Shown piece after piece: positions 1 to 10,400 of a stretch of 53,241 bases of DNA. The position numbers and the translations under genes are program-made. How positions within the stretch are numbered: position 1 is the stretch's first letter; the number at the start of each line of letters is the position of its first letter. Source of the DNA: a virus. Lineage: Duplodnaviria > Caudoviricetes. The notes beneath the pieces are model-generated. The model was not told where the DNA came from. It ran no database searches and saw only the letters and a list, made by a program, of their open reading frames with translations. The stretch spans positions 1-53,241 of the IMG/VR virus record IMGVR_UViG_3300046804_001071; one strand, 5' to 3'.

Positions 1-1
1 G

Positions 2-1666
2 GTCGAGGAAGCCCCTGCTGAAGAAGCCCCTGTAGACGAGACCCCGGCTGAAGAGCCAGGTCAGGTCGAAGAGGGTACCGCTGAGGAAGAGTCCAAGGAG
101 ACTGAAAAAGAGGAATCTTCTGAGAAGAAGAAGTCTGAATTCAGCTCTGACGAGGAAGCCGTTACTCCAGCTGAAGAAGTAGTAGTAGAGGCAGCTGACC
201 TAGCTGTTGAAACTGAAACTGCCGCTGAAGCATCAACAACTCAGGTTGAAGGATCTGAACTTTCGACCGAAGAAACAACCAACCAAGAAACATCTATTGA
301 GCCTCAGGCTCAGGAAGAGCAGGCAACCGTGACCGCCGCAGCAGAACAGCCTTTTGAGGCCCCAGCTGACCGTCAGCCTGTAGTTGAAGTTGTCGAAGCC
401 GCTCCAGTAGCAATTACTGCCGGTGCTGACATCCCAGGCTACACCGCTGGTAGCACAATTAACGACATGAGCGAAGTAGCAGTAGCTATGGAGAAGCGCA
501 TCCACTCGCTTCGCCGTGTCAACGGTGGAGATGGAGAGCAGCACATCGTTGCATCTATCACCACTCAGTTCCCAGAGGAGCGCATCCTCACCTCCGACGC
601 AGAGTCGAACGCACTAAAGATTGCAGCCGTTTCCGGCCCAGAGGCACTTGTTGCTTCGGGTGGTCACTCAGCTCCATTCGAGGTTAAGTACGACATCTTC
701 AGCATTGGTTCGACAGCAGTACGTCCACTTCGTGACGCACTACCTCGCTTCCAGGCTGACCGCGGCGGTATCCGTTACATCGTTCCACCTACGTTTGCTA
801 ACGTAACTTCGAACACCACTACCTATGCTGACGCTGTTGGCATCTGGACTGCTGCAAATGACTCGGCTGAGACCCCTAGCCCTTCGGCTAAGCTCTCGAA
901 GACCATTGCTGCTGCTTCGGAGACCACTGCTCAGACTGACGCTGTAACCCTACAGCTACAGTTCGGTAACCTAATGACCCGTGCTTACCCAGAACTAATC
1001 GCTCGCCACAACGAGCTAGCTCTAGTTCAGCACGCTCGTGAGGCTGAAGAGAACCTAGTATCGAAGATTGCTTCGGCATCGACCGCTGTTACCACAACCA
1101 ACCTAATTGGTTTTGGTCGCGACTTCCTAGTACAGGTACGTCGTGCAGCTGTTGCTTACCGTGCACGTCACCGCCTCGACTCGAAGGCTCGCCTAAAGGC
1201 TGTAGTTCCTTTCTGGATCTACGACGCTATGGCTGCTGACTTGTCGCTATCGATGCCTGGCGATGGAACCCTTTCGGTTTCTGAGTCGGAGATCAACGGC
1301 TACCTAGCTAACTCGAACGTTGACATTGTTCCAGTAATGGACAACACTTCGTCGACCCTAGCTGGCTCGCTGAACATGTTCCAGGACGCTGCTGCTCTAA
1401 ACGAGTTCCCAGACAGCTTCCGCTGGTTCTTGTTCGCTGAGGGAACATTCTTGTTCCTAGACGGTGGTACTCTAGACCTAGGTATCATCCGTGACAGCAC
1501 CCTAGTTGGTACCAACGACTACAAGATGTTCGTTGAAACCTTCGAAGGTTTGGCAAAGGTTGGTATCGAGTCGCTCGCTATCACCTCGACCATCTCGATC
1601 AACGGTGCAGCTGCTGCACTCCGCGACACAACCGGTAACACTGCTGCCGCTACTATCGAGCTCTAA
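2..1666 (+). CDS. Major capsid (hexamer) protein with acidic N-terminal scaffold-like extension; 5' end lies outside the window
   Basis: The frame of ORF 329..1666 stays open back to position 2 (VEEAPAEEAPVDE..., Glu-rich). C-terminal FLFLDGGTLDLGIIRDSTLVGTNDYKMFVETFEG resembles actinophage major capsid hexamer proteins. A strong hairpin follows. Confidence 0.85.
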   Translation, partial: VEEAPAEEAPVDETPAEEPGQVEEGTAEEESKETEKEESSEKKKSEFSSDEEAVTPAEEVVVEAADLAVETETAAEASTTQVEGSELSTEETTNQETSIEPQAQEEQATVTAAAEQPFEAPADRQPVVEVVEAAPVAITAGADIPGYTAGSTINDMSEVAVAMEKRIHSLRRVNGGDGEQHIVASITTQFPEERILTSDAESNALKIAAVSGPEALVASGGHSAPFEVKYDIFSIGSTAVRPLRDALPRFQADRGGIRYIVPPTFANVTSNTTTYADAVGIWTAANDSAETPSPSAKLSKTIAAASETTAQTDAVTLQLQFGNLMTRAYPELIARHNELALVQHAREAEENLVSKIASASTAVTTTNLIGFGRDFLVQVRRAAVAYRARHRLDSKARLKAVVPFWIYDAMAADLSLSMPGDGTLSVSESEINGYLANSNVDIVPVMDNTSSTLAGSLNMFQDAAALNEFPDSFRWFLFAEGTFLFLDGGTLDLGIIRDSTLVGTNDYKMFVETFEGLAKVGIESLAITSTISINGAAAALRDTTGNTAAATIEL

Positions 1667-1694
1667 GCCCTAGTAGAAATAGCAGAATTGTTGA

Positions 1695-1718
1695 GGGGGG
1701 CCTGGAAACAGGTCCCCC
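1695..1718 (+). terminator. Hairpin terminator/stabiliser after the capsid gene
   Basis: GGGGGGCCTG-GAAA-CAGGTCCCCC. Confidence 0.75.
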
Positions 1719-1761
1719 GATACAAAACAAAATTAGACTTTTAAACTTTTAAGGATCAGAA

Positions 1762-2847
1762 GTGGCTCTTCCAAAGAATGGTGTTATTACAGCACCAAAG
1801 ATCGTGCCTTCGGCGTTCGGCCTACTTGCTGTAGTTGATGAGCAGACGGCCGACGAAGACCGTTGGATCCGTGGTTTCTCGCAAGAGTGGGAAACAGACC
1901 TATTTGGTCTTTACAACGTCGATGATACTAACGTAGCTGAAATCCACCTTGCAGGTGCTGGAAATGTAAACTACTACGACGAAATTAAGCCTTTCTTTGT
2001 AGAGGTCCAAGAAGATCGTTCAACCTTTGCATTCCTTGGCTTAGACCGCCTAGAGCGTCTAAAGCGTCAGTGTGACGCAGCTACCCAGCGGGCTGTGGAG
2101 CAAGAACTCTGGGATGGTGCTGTCCGTATTGGCCAAGGCCACTCAAACCGAGCCCTAACTTCTACTGGTGTTACCGTTGTTGATGGTACTGGGCTTTCCG
2201 CAAAGCGCGCTCTAGCCGCCCTTGAGCACGGAATTGCAACGGTATCCCACGCGGGTGAGCAGGGATTTATCCATGCTACTCGCGATGTTGTCGCTATCCT
2301 TTCAAGCAATAGCCAGATGCTTTTCCACAATAAAGTCAAGGACCACCTACAGACTATGGGCGGTACTCCTGTTGTTGTTGGTTCTGGTTACACTGGAAAT
2401 GGTCCTCGTGTAACGGCTGCTACAGCCTCAATTACTAGCACCAACACACTAACTATCAACACCTCTGCTGCCCACTACCTAGTGGCTGGAGACACTGTTA
2501 ACTACTCGGTTGTTGGTGCAAATATTAACCAGACTGGCACTGGAACCGTTGCTACTAAGGTTGATGCTGACACTATCACAATTACGATTTCAACTGCTAC
2601 TAACCGATCTCAGGAAGCGGTTACTGGCTATGTGCAGATGGTAGGAACTAACTCTGCAAAATGGATTTATGGTACCGGTGAAGTTCGAGTATTCCTCGGC
2701 GACGTCGATATCGTAAACGACAGTCTAAGCCAGGCTTATGACGTGTCGGGCAACGCGAATGACATGCGTATCAAGGCAATCCGCCCAGCCGCGGCTTTCT
2801 TCGATACATCCATCCACCTAGCTGTTCGAGTAGATCTAACAGCCTAA
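1762..2847 (+). CDS. Major capsid pentamer protein-like, with an inserted beta-sandwich domain
   Basis: Lies directly after the capsid gene. Motifs PSAFGLL, RWIRG, AVEQELW, TMGGTPVVVGSGY, WIYGTG. Insert starts TINTSAAHYLVAGDTV. Confidence 0.7.
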   Translation: MALPKNGVITAPKIVPSAFGLLAVVDEQTADEDRWIRGFSQEWETDLFGLYNVDDTNVAEIHLAGAGNVNYYDEIKPFFVEVQEDRSTFAFLGLDRLERLKRQCDAATQRAVEQELWDGAVRIGQGHSNRALTSTGVTVVDGTGLSAKRALAALEHGIATVSHAGEQGFIHATRDVVAILSSNSQMLFHNKVKDHLQTMGGTPVVVGSGYTGNGPRVTAATASITSTNTLTINTSAAHYLVAGDTVNYSVVGANINQTGTGTVATKVDADTITITISTATNRSQEAVTGYVQMVGTNSAKWIYGTGEVRVFLGDVDIVNDSLSQAYDVSGNANDMRIKAIRPAAAFFDTSIHLAVRVDLTA

Positions 2848-2868
2848 TAAAATAAGGAGAATAGCTTA

Positions 2869-4167
2869 ATGGCTACTCAAGATTATGCAGCCAGCATCCA
2901 GGGTGTGTCGATTCGTATCACTCGCCTAGACGCAGCTGGCAACCTACTAAATGGTCCTGGTGACAGCTATGTTACCTCGGCCTTCATGCGTGTATCGTTT
3001 ACCCCTGAATATGAAGAGGGCGACGAGATCACAGAGAAGAACGCTAACGGCGTTGTTTGTGTGACGTACAAGTCTCCTGACGTTCTAAAGCGTATTACCA
3101 TGGAACTCGCTATTTGTGAGCCAGACCCTGAAATTACTTCTCTAATTTCTGGTGGTCTATTGCTACGCAAGGGTAACCAGTCAATTGGTTGGGCTGCTCC
3201 TGGTGTAGGTGACGACCCTGCAGGTTACGGTGTAGCAGTCGAGGTTTGGTCTCACGCTATTGCTAACGGTAAGAAGAGCACGACTCTTCCTTACTTCCAC
3301 TGGGTATTCCCATACGCTAAGCTCCGTCAGTCTGGTGACCGTGTTATTGAAAACGGTATGCTTGCAACCACATTTGAAGGCTACGGCCTTGGAAACGTTA
3401 ACTTCAACAACGGTCCTGATGGTCGTTGGGAGTTCGATGTCGCTGCTGAGCGTCCATACTCTTATGCACGTGCTACCTGGGCTCCACAGGGTCTTAAGGG
3501 CTTCTACACCTGGAACTACGCTGGTGAGGGTTCGTCTGAGGACACGACCTACAATGCAGTTACCAACCTCAATGGTATCTCTGCACAGGTTACTGCAGCT
3601 GCTCTTACATCTAACGTTGCTACCATCACAACTGGTACGGCACATGGATTTGCAGTTGGCCAGAGTGTCACCCTAACTGGCGTCGAGTCGGCACTAGTTG
3701 TTACCAAGAAGGCTGTTGCTTCTAACGTAGCTACCCTAACTCTATCTAGCGTATCTGCTAACCAGGTTGCAATTGGTGACGAGGTTATCGTTGCTGGAGT
3801 CGACGAGACATTCAATGGAACTAAGACAGTTACTGGCGTAAACGTATCGGCTAAGACCATTACTTATGCTCTAACTACTGATGATGTAGCTGAGGCTAAT
3901 GCTACTGGTTCAATTGTTCGTACCTTCTTCAACACTACTGGTACAATTGACAGCGTTCCAAGCACAACTACCTTCACGTTCAACGACCGTGGTGGATCTG
4001 CTATGGCACGTACTGGTGGAAACATCACTACCATCACCTCACCTGCTGGTGCTGTAGCTTCTACAGACTCGCTAACAAGCTCGACAACCGGTTACAACGT
4101 TCCTGGTAACGTCAACTTCAACCCTGACGTAGCTATCGACCGTGTAATTCAGTCGAACGAGGGCTAA
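2869..4167 (+). CDS. Major tail tube protein with C-terminal FCCH-like beta domains
   Basis: N-terminal IRITRLDAAG and EEGDEITEKNANGVVC, typical of actinophage tail tube proteins; SD AAGGAG. Confidence 0.8.
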   Translation: MATQDYAASIQGVSIRITRLDAAGNLLNGPGDSYVTSAFMRVSFTPEYEEGDEITEKNANGVVCVTYKSPDVLKRITMELAICEPDPEITSLISGGLLLRKGNQSIGWAAPGVGDDPAGYGVAVEVWSHAIANGKKSTTLPYFHWVFPYAKLRQSGDRVIENGMLATTFEGYGLGNVNFNNGPDGRWEFDVAAERPYSYARATWAPQGLKGFYTWNYAGEGSSEDTTYNAVTNLNGISAQVTAAALTSNVATITTGTAHGFAVGQSVTLTGVESALVVTKKAVASNVATLTLSSVSANQVAIGDEVIVAGVDETFNGTKTVTGVNVSAKTITYALTTDDVAEANATGSIVRTFFNTTGTIDSVPSTTTFTFNDRGGSAMARTGGNITTITSPAGAVASTDSLTSSTTGYNVPGNVNFNPDVAIDRVIQSNEG

Positions 4168-4183
4168 TAAGTTAAAACTGATG

Positions 4184-4227
4184 AAGGCGGCGTGTGTCGG
4201 TATCGAAATATGCCGACCCGCCGCCTT
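4184..4227 (+). terminator. Long hairpin after the major tail gene (no U-tract)
   Basis: AAGGCGGCG...GTCGGTAT-loop-ATGCCGAC...CGCCGCCTT. Confidence 0.6.
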
Positions 4228-4251
4228 AGTCACAGCTAGGAGATAAGACAA

Positions 4252-5364
4252 ATGGCAGTTAACTACTGGGTCCAGACCACTGATCTGGGCGACTATGCCA
4301 ATACTGAGTATGCAGACGAGGCCTGCAAAACAGCGTCATATCTTCTTTGGGCTATGTCTGGCCGTAAATATACTGGTACGACTATTGTTACTGAACGCTA
4401 CACTTGTACGCTTCGCAACAACCGAATGGGTCCGTCTACTAAAACAAACTCCCCTATTCTTTTTGGTGGAGATGTTTATAATATTCCTACCGATGACTAT
4501 GACCAATACTCTGAGCTAGTTAGTGATGGTATGTCCCCCGATGCCCGTATCAAGCTTCGTGGTCGTCCAATTATTAAAATTCACTCTATCCGTAATAAGC
4601 ACGGTGTGGTGATTAACCCCTCTCAGTACTACCTAGTTGATCACTCGACTATTCACATTACTTCCGGAACTCCCTGGACTCCATGTAATACAGAAATTAC
4701 CTATGAGTATGGTGCCGCTGTTCCTATGGCCGGGAAGATGGCTGCCCGTACCCTAGCTATGGAATTTGCAAAGCTATGGGCGGGTGATGATGACTGCCAG
4801 CTTCCTCAGCGTATTACATCGGTATCTCGTCAGGGTGTTTCGTTTACCATTCTTGACAACCAGGAGTTCATCGAAGAACTTCGTACTGGTCTCTACGCAG
4901 TCGACCTATTCCTCAAGACCGCGAACCCTGACAATGCTCGTCGCAAGTCGAAGGTATTCTCGCCTGACCAGCCTCGTGCTCGTCGCTATACTCCAAAGGG
5001 AGTAGTTCTTATAGCTGATGCCGACTATGATATCGTCTCGGTTAAGGGTGCTGCTACCTCATGGTCTTCGGCTGACATTGTAGGGCTAGACCTCAGCAAC
5101 TTCTTCCCAGACTCTGGCTGGGAGCCGAAAGTTACACTACGTAACTACGGTTCAAACAAGTCAGTTGACTTAGATTCGGCAGATATCACTGTAAACCAAG
5201 GCACCGAGGTTCTTTCATTCTCCGTGTCTTATGACAAAGCCTTCCAGGCACTGGGAATGGTAGACCCTGGTACTTGGACTCTCTACGCCACCAAGACAAT
5301 TGCTGGTGTAGAAAACGTCACCGAAATTGCGTCTGGAAACCTCCAGATTCAAATGTATAGTTAG
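4252..5364 (+). CDS. Head-to-tail adaptor with an extra C-terminal beta-sandwich domain
   Basis: ASYLLWAMSGR, LAMEFAK, CQLPQRITSVSRQGVSF and TGLYAVDLFL motifs of actinophage adaptors. Confidence 0.75.
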   Translation: MAVNYWVQTTDLGDYANTEYADEACKTASYLLWAMSGRKYTGTTIVTERYTCTLRNNRMGPSTKTNSPILFGGDVYNIPTDDYDQYSELVSDGMSPDARIKLRGRPIIKIHSIRNKHGVVINPSQYYLVDHSTIHITSGTPWTPCNTEITYEYGAAVPMAGKMAARTLAMEFAKLWAGDDDCQLPQRITSVSRQGVSFTILDNQEFIEELRTGLYAVDLFLKTANPDNARRKSKVFSPDQPRARRYTPKGVVLIADADYDIVSVKGAATSWSSADIVGLDLSNFFPDSGWEPKVTLRNYGSNKSVDLDSADITVNQGTEVLSFSVSYDKAFQALGMVDPGTWTLYATKTIAGVENVTEIASGNLQIQMYS

Positions 5365-5372
5365 GAAATAAA

Positions 5373-5576
5373 ATGTCAGTTCAGACAAACTTCCGTGCAG
5401 TTGACATGCCAGGCGCTGTTAAGCCAGTTGTTGCTGCTCCAGAAGTAAAAAAGGTTGCTTCCCCTAAGACCGCTAAGCCCGCTGCCCCTAAGGTAGAAGA
5501 GATTGTAGCCGAGGTTGTAGAGGTCGTAGAGGCTCCTGCAGTTGTAGATGTTGAAGAAGAAAAGGACGCTGAATAA
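5373..5576 (+). CDS. Small Ala/Pro/Glu-rich hypothetical protein
   Basis: ORF with SD AGGA inside the structural operon; codon use like the capsid gene. Confidence 0.6.
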   Translation: MSVQTNFRAVDMPGAVKPVVAAPEVKKVASPKTAKPAAPKVEEIVAEVVEVVEAPAVVDVEEEKDAE

Positions 5577-5580
5577 GCGT

Positions 5581-5592
5581 TAGAATATACCT
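5581..5592 (+). promoter_or_regulatory. -10 element of a leaderless transcript
   Basis: TAGAAT + 6 nt + ATG(5593); no SD. Confidence 0.6.
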
Positions 5593-6099
5593 ATGGGTAT
5601 TCCAATCAACATTAATGACATCTCGTCCGATGCACTCCGTCTAAAAGAAATGATGGACGGAGTGCTCGAACGTGTCCAAAATATTTACCAATCCTACAAT
5701 GTTCCTCTACCTTCTCGCCAGTACTGGACTATGGGAACTCCAGCAATCGACTGTGAGCAGTTAGTAGTTAGCTTTACTCAGATGTATCTAGGTGCCCCTG
5801 GTGACCAGGCAAACACCCCTCAGCGTTGTTACGTTCCTCGTACCGCTACTGTAGAAATTATGGTTGCTCGTGAAGTAGCTGTTGGCGGAATGAATGGTAG
5901 AGCACCATCGGCCGAATCTATTCAAAAATCCTCATGGATGTCTGCTGTCGACTCGTGGGTTCTAATGGACTCTCTTAATTCTTTCGATATGTGGGATGAA
6001 ACCGGGTATGGCTTGGGTGTTATTGCAACCCTAGAAACTGCCGGGTTTGAGGGCGGCTATAACGCTGTAATTTTGCAGCTAACTCTATCGGTGCCATAA
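5593..6099 (+). CDS. Tail terminator / neck protein (putative)
   Basis: Sits between the adaptor and the gp10-like gene; PAIDCEQLVV and GFEGG motifs. Confidence 0.55.
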   Translation: MGIPININDISSDALRLKEMMDGVLERVQNIYQSYNVPLPSRQYWTMGTPAIDCEQLVVSFTQMYLGAPGDQANTPQRCYVPRTATVEIMVAREVAVGGMNGRAPSAESIQKSSWMSAVDSWVLMDSLNSFDMWDETGYGLGVIATLETAGFEGGYNAVILQLTLSVP

Positions 6100-6659
6100 T
6101 GTACGGACTACCGGACAGCTGGTGGGGCTGGGGCCTCAAAAAAGTAGTTAAAGGTGCCATTAGAGCTACTGGCACTAAGGTCGCTAGTCGTATAAAAGAC
6201 GGTGCTAGACCGGGAGTTAGGTATAAGTTTAAAGAGCTTATTTTCTACCCTAATTACAAAGAATTTATTAACTCTCCAAAGGGCGAAATTGGTAGATACT
6301 TAGGTGCTAGGGCTGCAGCTATGCATAAGGAATCTAGAATCAAGGCTAAGAGTAGAAATGGAAGCGGAGAGCTAAGCGCGTCAATTTATCTTAGACACCT
6401 GGGAAATGTGTCTGGACAGTACATCACGATGGGATCTAATAGGAAATACGCTCTTGCCGTACATGAAGGAACGCGTCCACACGAGATCCACTCTCAGCAA
6501 AATAAGAAGCTTAAGTTTACTGGAAGAAGCGGAGCCGTGGTCTATGCTAAGGCGGTTATGCACCCTGGAACTAGAGCAAATAGATTCTTATATACCCCTA
6601 TGAAGAATAACTTCGGTGATCTCGGACGAATCACTGGAGGCAAAGGAATTAAGAAATAA
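6099..6659 (+). CDS. HK97 gp10-like tail completion protein
   Basis: SGELSASI, YALAVHEGTRPHEI, VMHPGTRANRFL; basic. Confidence 0.7.
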   Translation: MYGLPDSWWGWGLKKVVKGAIRATGTKVASRIKDGARPGVRYKFKELIFYPNYKEFINSPKGEIGRYLGARAAAMHKESRIKAKSRNGSGELSASIYLRHLGNVSGQYITMGSNRKYALAVHEGTRPHEIHSQQNKKLKFTGRSGAVVYAKAVMHPGTRANRFLYTPMKNNFGDLGRITGGKGIKK

Positions 6660-6750
6660 GTTCAAATAGCCCTATATCTACCTAGAGTACAATAGTAGGT
6701 GACAGTATGTTTCTGTTTAACTACAAATACAAATTAGAGAAAGATAGATT

Positions 6751-7086
6751 ATGGCAAAGTTCAAGGACTTCGGTGGAAATACCGCGGAGAATGCTGAACC
6801 AATTTCATTTAAAATTTTTGATGAAGAATTCCACTGCATCCCTCAGATTCAGGGTAAGGTTCTTCTAAACATGGTTGCTGGAAGTAATTCAGATGACCCT
6901 GCTGCTTCTGCTGGAGTTATTACAGAGTTTTTTGATTCTGTACTTAAAGAAGAAAGTCTAAAGCGTTTTAACCTTTTGGTTGAAGACAAAGACCGAATCG
7001 TTTCTGTAGAAACACTTAGCGAAATTGTTGGCTGGCTAGCAGAGCAGTACACCAACCGCCCCACCGAGGGGTCATCGGCTTCCTAG
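6751..7086 (+). CDS. Tail assembly chaperone
   Basis: Acidic 111 aa just upstream of the tape measure gene; ends LAEQYTNRPT... Confidence 0.75.
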   Translation: MAKFKDFGGNTAENAEPISFKIFDEEFHCIPQIQGKVLLNMVAGSNSDDPAASAGVITEFFDSVLKEESLKRFNLLVEDKDRIVSVETLSEIVGWLAEQYTNRPTEGSSAS

Positions 7087-7112
7087 AGTGGGGGATCGAC
7101 CTTTGGCCCTAC

Positions 7113-7466
7113 GTGAACGGAAAAGCAATAGTGAATGGACTACAACTCGCGGACATGGATGCATCAGACATGCTCGACGTACTTCACTATTACTTTGAAG
7201 AAGATTCTAGATATAGCACTGCTGAAGAAGCAGAGGCTGTAAGCGATATGAGACTTTCTTTGTACAGACAAATGTACGACGTTCAATATAAATATGCAGT
7301 AAAAACTAAATCATCATCGTCCAGGAATACTTATGCCAGTGGAACTGACTTTAATGATCTTCCTTTTGATGAAACAGATATGCAAGTAAAGCCATTTGTG
7401 CCTACAACATTTGACCCGGAAAAGGGCGTAGATAGCAATGGCGTACTAGATGGCCCTTTAGGTTAA
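7113..7466 (+). CDS. Tail assembly chaperone extension (probably reached by -1 frameshift)
   Basis: This -1 frame is open back through the end of the upstream gene (...VIGFLEWGIDLWPYVNGKA). Confidence 0.65.
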   Translation: MNGKAIVNGLQLADMDASDMLDVLHYYFEEDSRYSTAEEAEAVSDMRLSLYRQMYDVQYKYAVKTKSSSSRNTYASGTDFNDLPFDETDMQVKPFVPTTFDPEKGVDSNGVLDGPLG

Positions 7467-7481
7467 GTAGGTAGGTGAACT

Positions 7482-10400
7482 ATGGCTGTCGTCGGTGAAG
7501 CCCACATCGTTGTCCGTGCCCTCACGGACCGAGTCGCGGGTGATATCAAAAATGGATTTGATGGCGTCGACGGCAATAGTGCATCTAAAGCTGGTAAAAC
7601 CATTGCTGAAAAATTTCAGCAGGGGCTTAACAAAAACATTGATGCCAATATCTTTACCCGACTCGCTGATGCCATGGGGGAGGTCAACCCTAGGGCTCTA
7701 GAAGTTAGAGACGCTATTAATGGTGTAATTATGCAGGGCTATAAAATGCAGGCAGTTATTCCGCTTGTAATTGGCTCTATTGGTACTTTAATTGGTGGTC
7801 TGGTATCTGTAGTAGGTGCAGCAGGTGCAGCGGCTGTATCATTTACAGCTGTAATTGGCGTATTTATGGCCTTTAAAATTGCCTCGTCACTTGCTGGAAT
7901 GGCACTAGGGGATGTAGGTAAAGCAGTTTCTGCTGCTATACAGCAATCACAAACCGCTGCTAAGACTATGGCTGCCCTAAGAAAAGAACTTAAGCAGTTA
8001 AAATTTGATGCCGAGGCGGCAGCCCTAGCTGTAGAGGGTGCAGCACTTAATCTAGAAAAAGCAATTCAAAATCTGAATATGACTGCAGACTTGCCACCTA
8101 ACTCGATGGCAAGACGTCAGGCAGTTCTTGCCTATAAAGAGGCTGATCTTGCCTATAGACGTGCTCAGGAGCGAGCTAAGGATCTTGCAAAACAGGCAGC
8201 TAAAGGAATTAAAGGGCTAGCAGCTCTTAGGGGCAATGACCCTTATAAAGGGCTGACTAAAAGCCAAAAAGACTTTGCTAAATACTTAGTAACTTTATTC
8301 CCTCTACTAAAGAAACTTAAAGAAGCTGTTGCTAGCGGATTCCTACCAGTTCTCCAAAAACAGATGGAAAGACTTATCAAGGTTGGGTTTACTCCGCTTG
8401 AAAATGGATTTAAAAAGATTGGTACAGCACTTGGTGTTGTTACTCAGGCAATCGGAGATGCTCTATCTGATCCAACTACTATTGCTAATATTTCTCAAAT
8501 GTTTACTGACATGGCATTTGTTATTGGCGAAGTTGGAAAAGCACTCGGTCAGCTAATACAAGCTTTTACAACTCTTATGGCAGATTCTGGCCCGATTATT
8601 CAGGCACTAGGTACGTTCATACTCGATCTAGCTACTAAATTTAATAACTGGATTCAGGGGATGTCTAAAGACAAAAAGCTGAAATACTATTTCCTTACAG
8701 CTGCCAGCATGGCTACTAATTTTGGAAAAATTTTTGGCGGAATTTTTGATGGTTTAATTGCTATCATCGAGGCAAACTTTAGCCCGGGTACTGGTGGTTG
8801 GAGGATAATCGATTGGCTGGGTCAGGCTGCTCAGGGGTTTGGAGATATCTCAAAGGACCAGGCTGGGCTAAGAAAATTCTTTAATGCCATTGCCGATAAC
8901 TTTATGGCAATGTTTAGCGGCCTAGGTGGGCTAATTGGTCAGTTAGTTCTTCTCGGTACTGACCCGAATATTGGTAAGTTTTGGACTATTATTAAGGACT
9001 CTGCTCCGGCATTTGGAGAAATGATTTCAAAGGGTATGCCGCTTCTTCCAATTCTAGGCGAGATCTTTAATAATATTATTGGCATTCTTAATGCTTTCTC
9101 TGATACCGAGTCCCCTAAAGTCTTCCTTGAAATGATTAGAGACGCTCTTGGAGTAGTTAAAGATTTAGCTAAAAGCGATCTTGTTAAATGGTTCTTATCT
9201 ATGTCGGGACCTATTCACGCTTGGGTCCTTGGGTTTACCCAGATAAAGAGTGCGGCTCAGACTGCGCTTGACTACGTCATGGGAACTATTCAAAAAGGTC
9301 TTGGTACTGTTGGAGACTTTTTTGGAAATATACAAAAAATTAGAGATGGCTTTAAAGACATTGCAGATAGTAAATTTGGTGGCTGGATTGGGAACGTAGT
9401 CGACAGGTTTAAGCAGTTCGAATTCCCTAAAGATTTTAAAGAAATACTTAGAGAAATTCCTAGGATGGTGTTCCCTGAAGACCTTTTTGGTGATTTAACT
9501 CTAATTGAAGGCCTAGACTTTTCAAAACTAAAAGAAGCCTTTGACATAGGAAAGTTTGACGGCTTTAAGACCGGTGTCTCTAAAATGCTTACCGAGCTTG
9601 ATGGTCAGTTTGCAAACATGGGGAAGAGTGTAAAGACTGCATTTGCTGAAATGGGAAAGAGTACTAACCCTCTAGTTATGGCTATTGGAAGACTTGGTAC
9701 TCTTATAATGGCTAACCCGATTATCGCAGCTATTGCAGCAATTGTCGCTATTATGGTTATCCTCTATAACACCAGCGACGAGTTTAGAAAGTTTGTAGAC
9801 GATGCTCTAAAGCGAGTTATGGGATATCTAACTCGTGCATGGGAGCAATTACAAGAAGCATTCCAGCCAGTTATTGATGCCTGGAACCGACTTATGGCTG
9901 CTTTTGGTGTAGGTCAGGGCGGGAGTAACCCGTTGGTCATGTTCTTTGAGGCCTTAGTTAAGATCTTAGAAGTCCTACTTTCAGTCTTAATTCCAATTAT
10001 TACAACAATTGTAACTATGTTTATTCCTCAGATAACATTTCTTATTGATCTAGTAGCCTCATGGGTAAAGATTTTTAGGGGATTATATGACATAGTTACT
10101 GCATTCTTTACAGCACTATTTACCTGGAACTGGGATAAGTTTGGTGAAGTTGCTGGCAAAGCATTTAAAGATATAGGTAATGCTGCACTAGGTCTATTTA
10201 ATGGAATTGCAAACTTCTTTGTAGATATGATTAATAATATCATCAAGGGTATTAATGACATAAGCACGAACATTAAGGATGCTAGCGGTGGAACAATTAA
10301 CTTTGGAAAAATACCTACGCTCCCTCACGTGAATCTACACCTAGCAAAGGGTGGAGTAGTTATGCCATCTCCTGGCGGATCACTAGTTAACGTTGCAGAA

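Noticed and set aside
4178-4230. CTGATGA...GAAA suggesting a hammerhead ribozyme
   Set aside because: The segment between the motifs cannot form stem II; the GAAA lies in the loop of an ordinary terminator-like hairpin.
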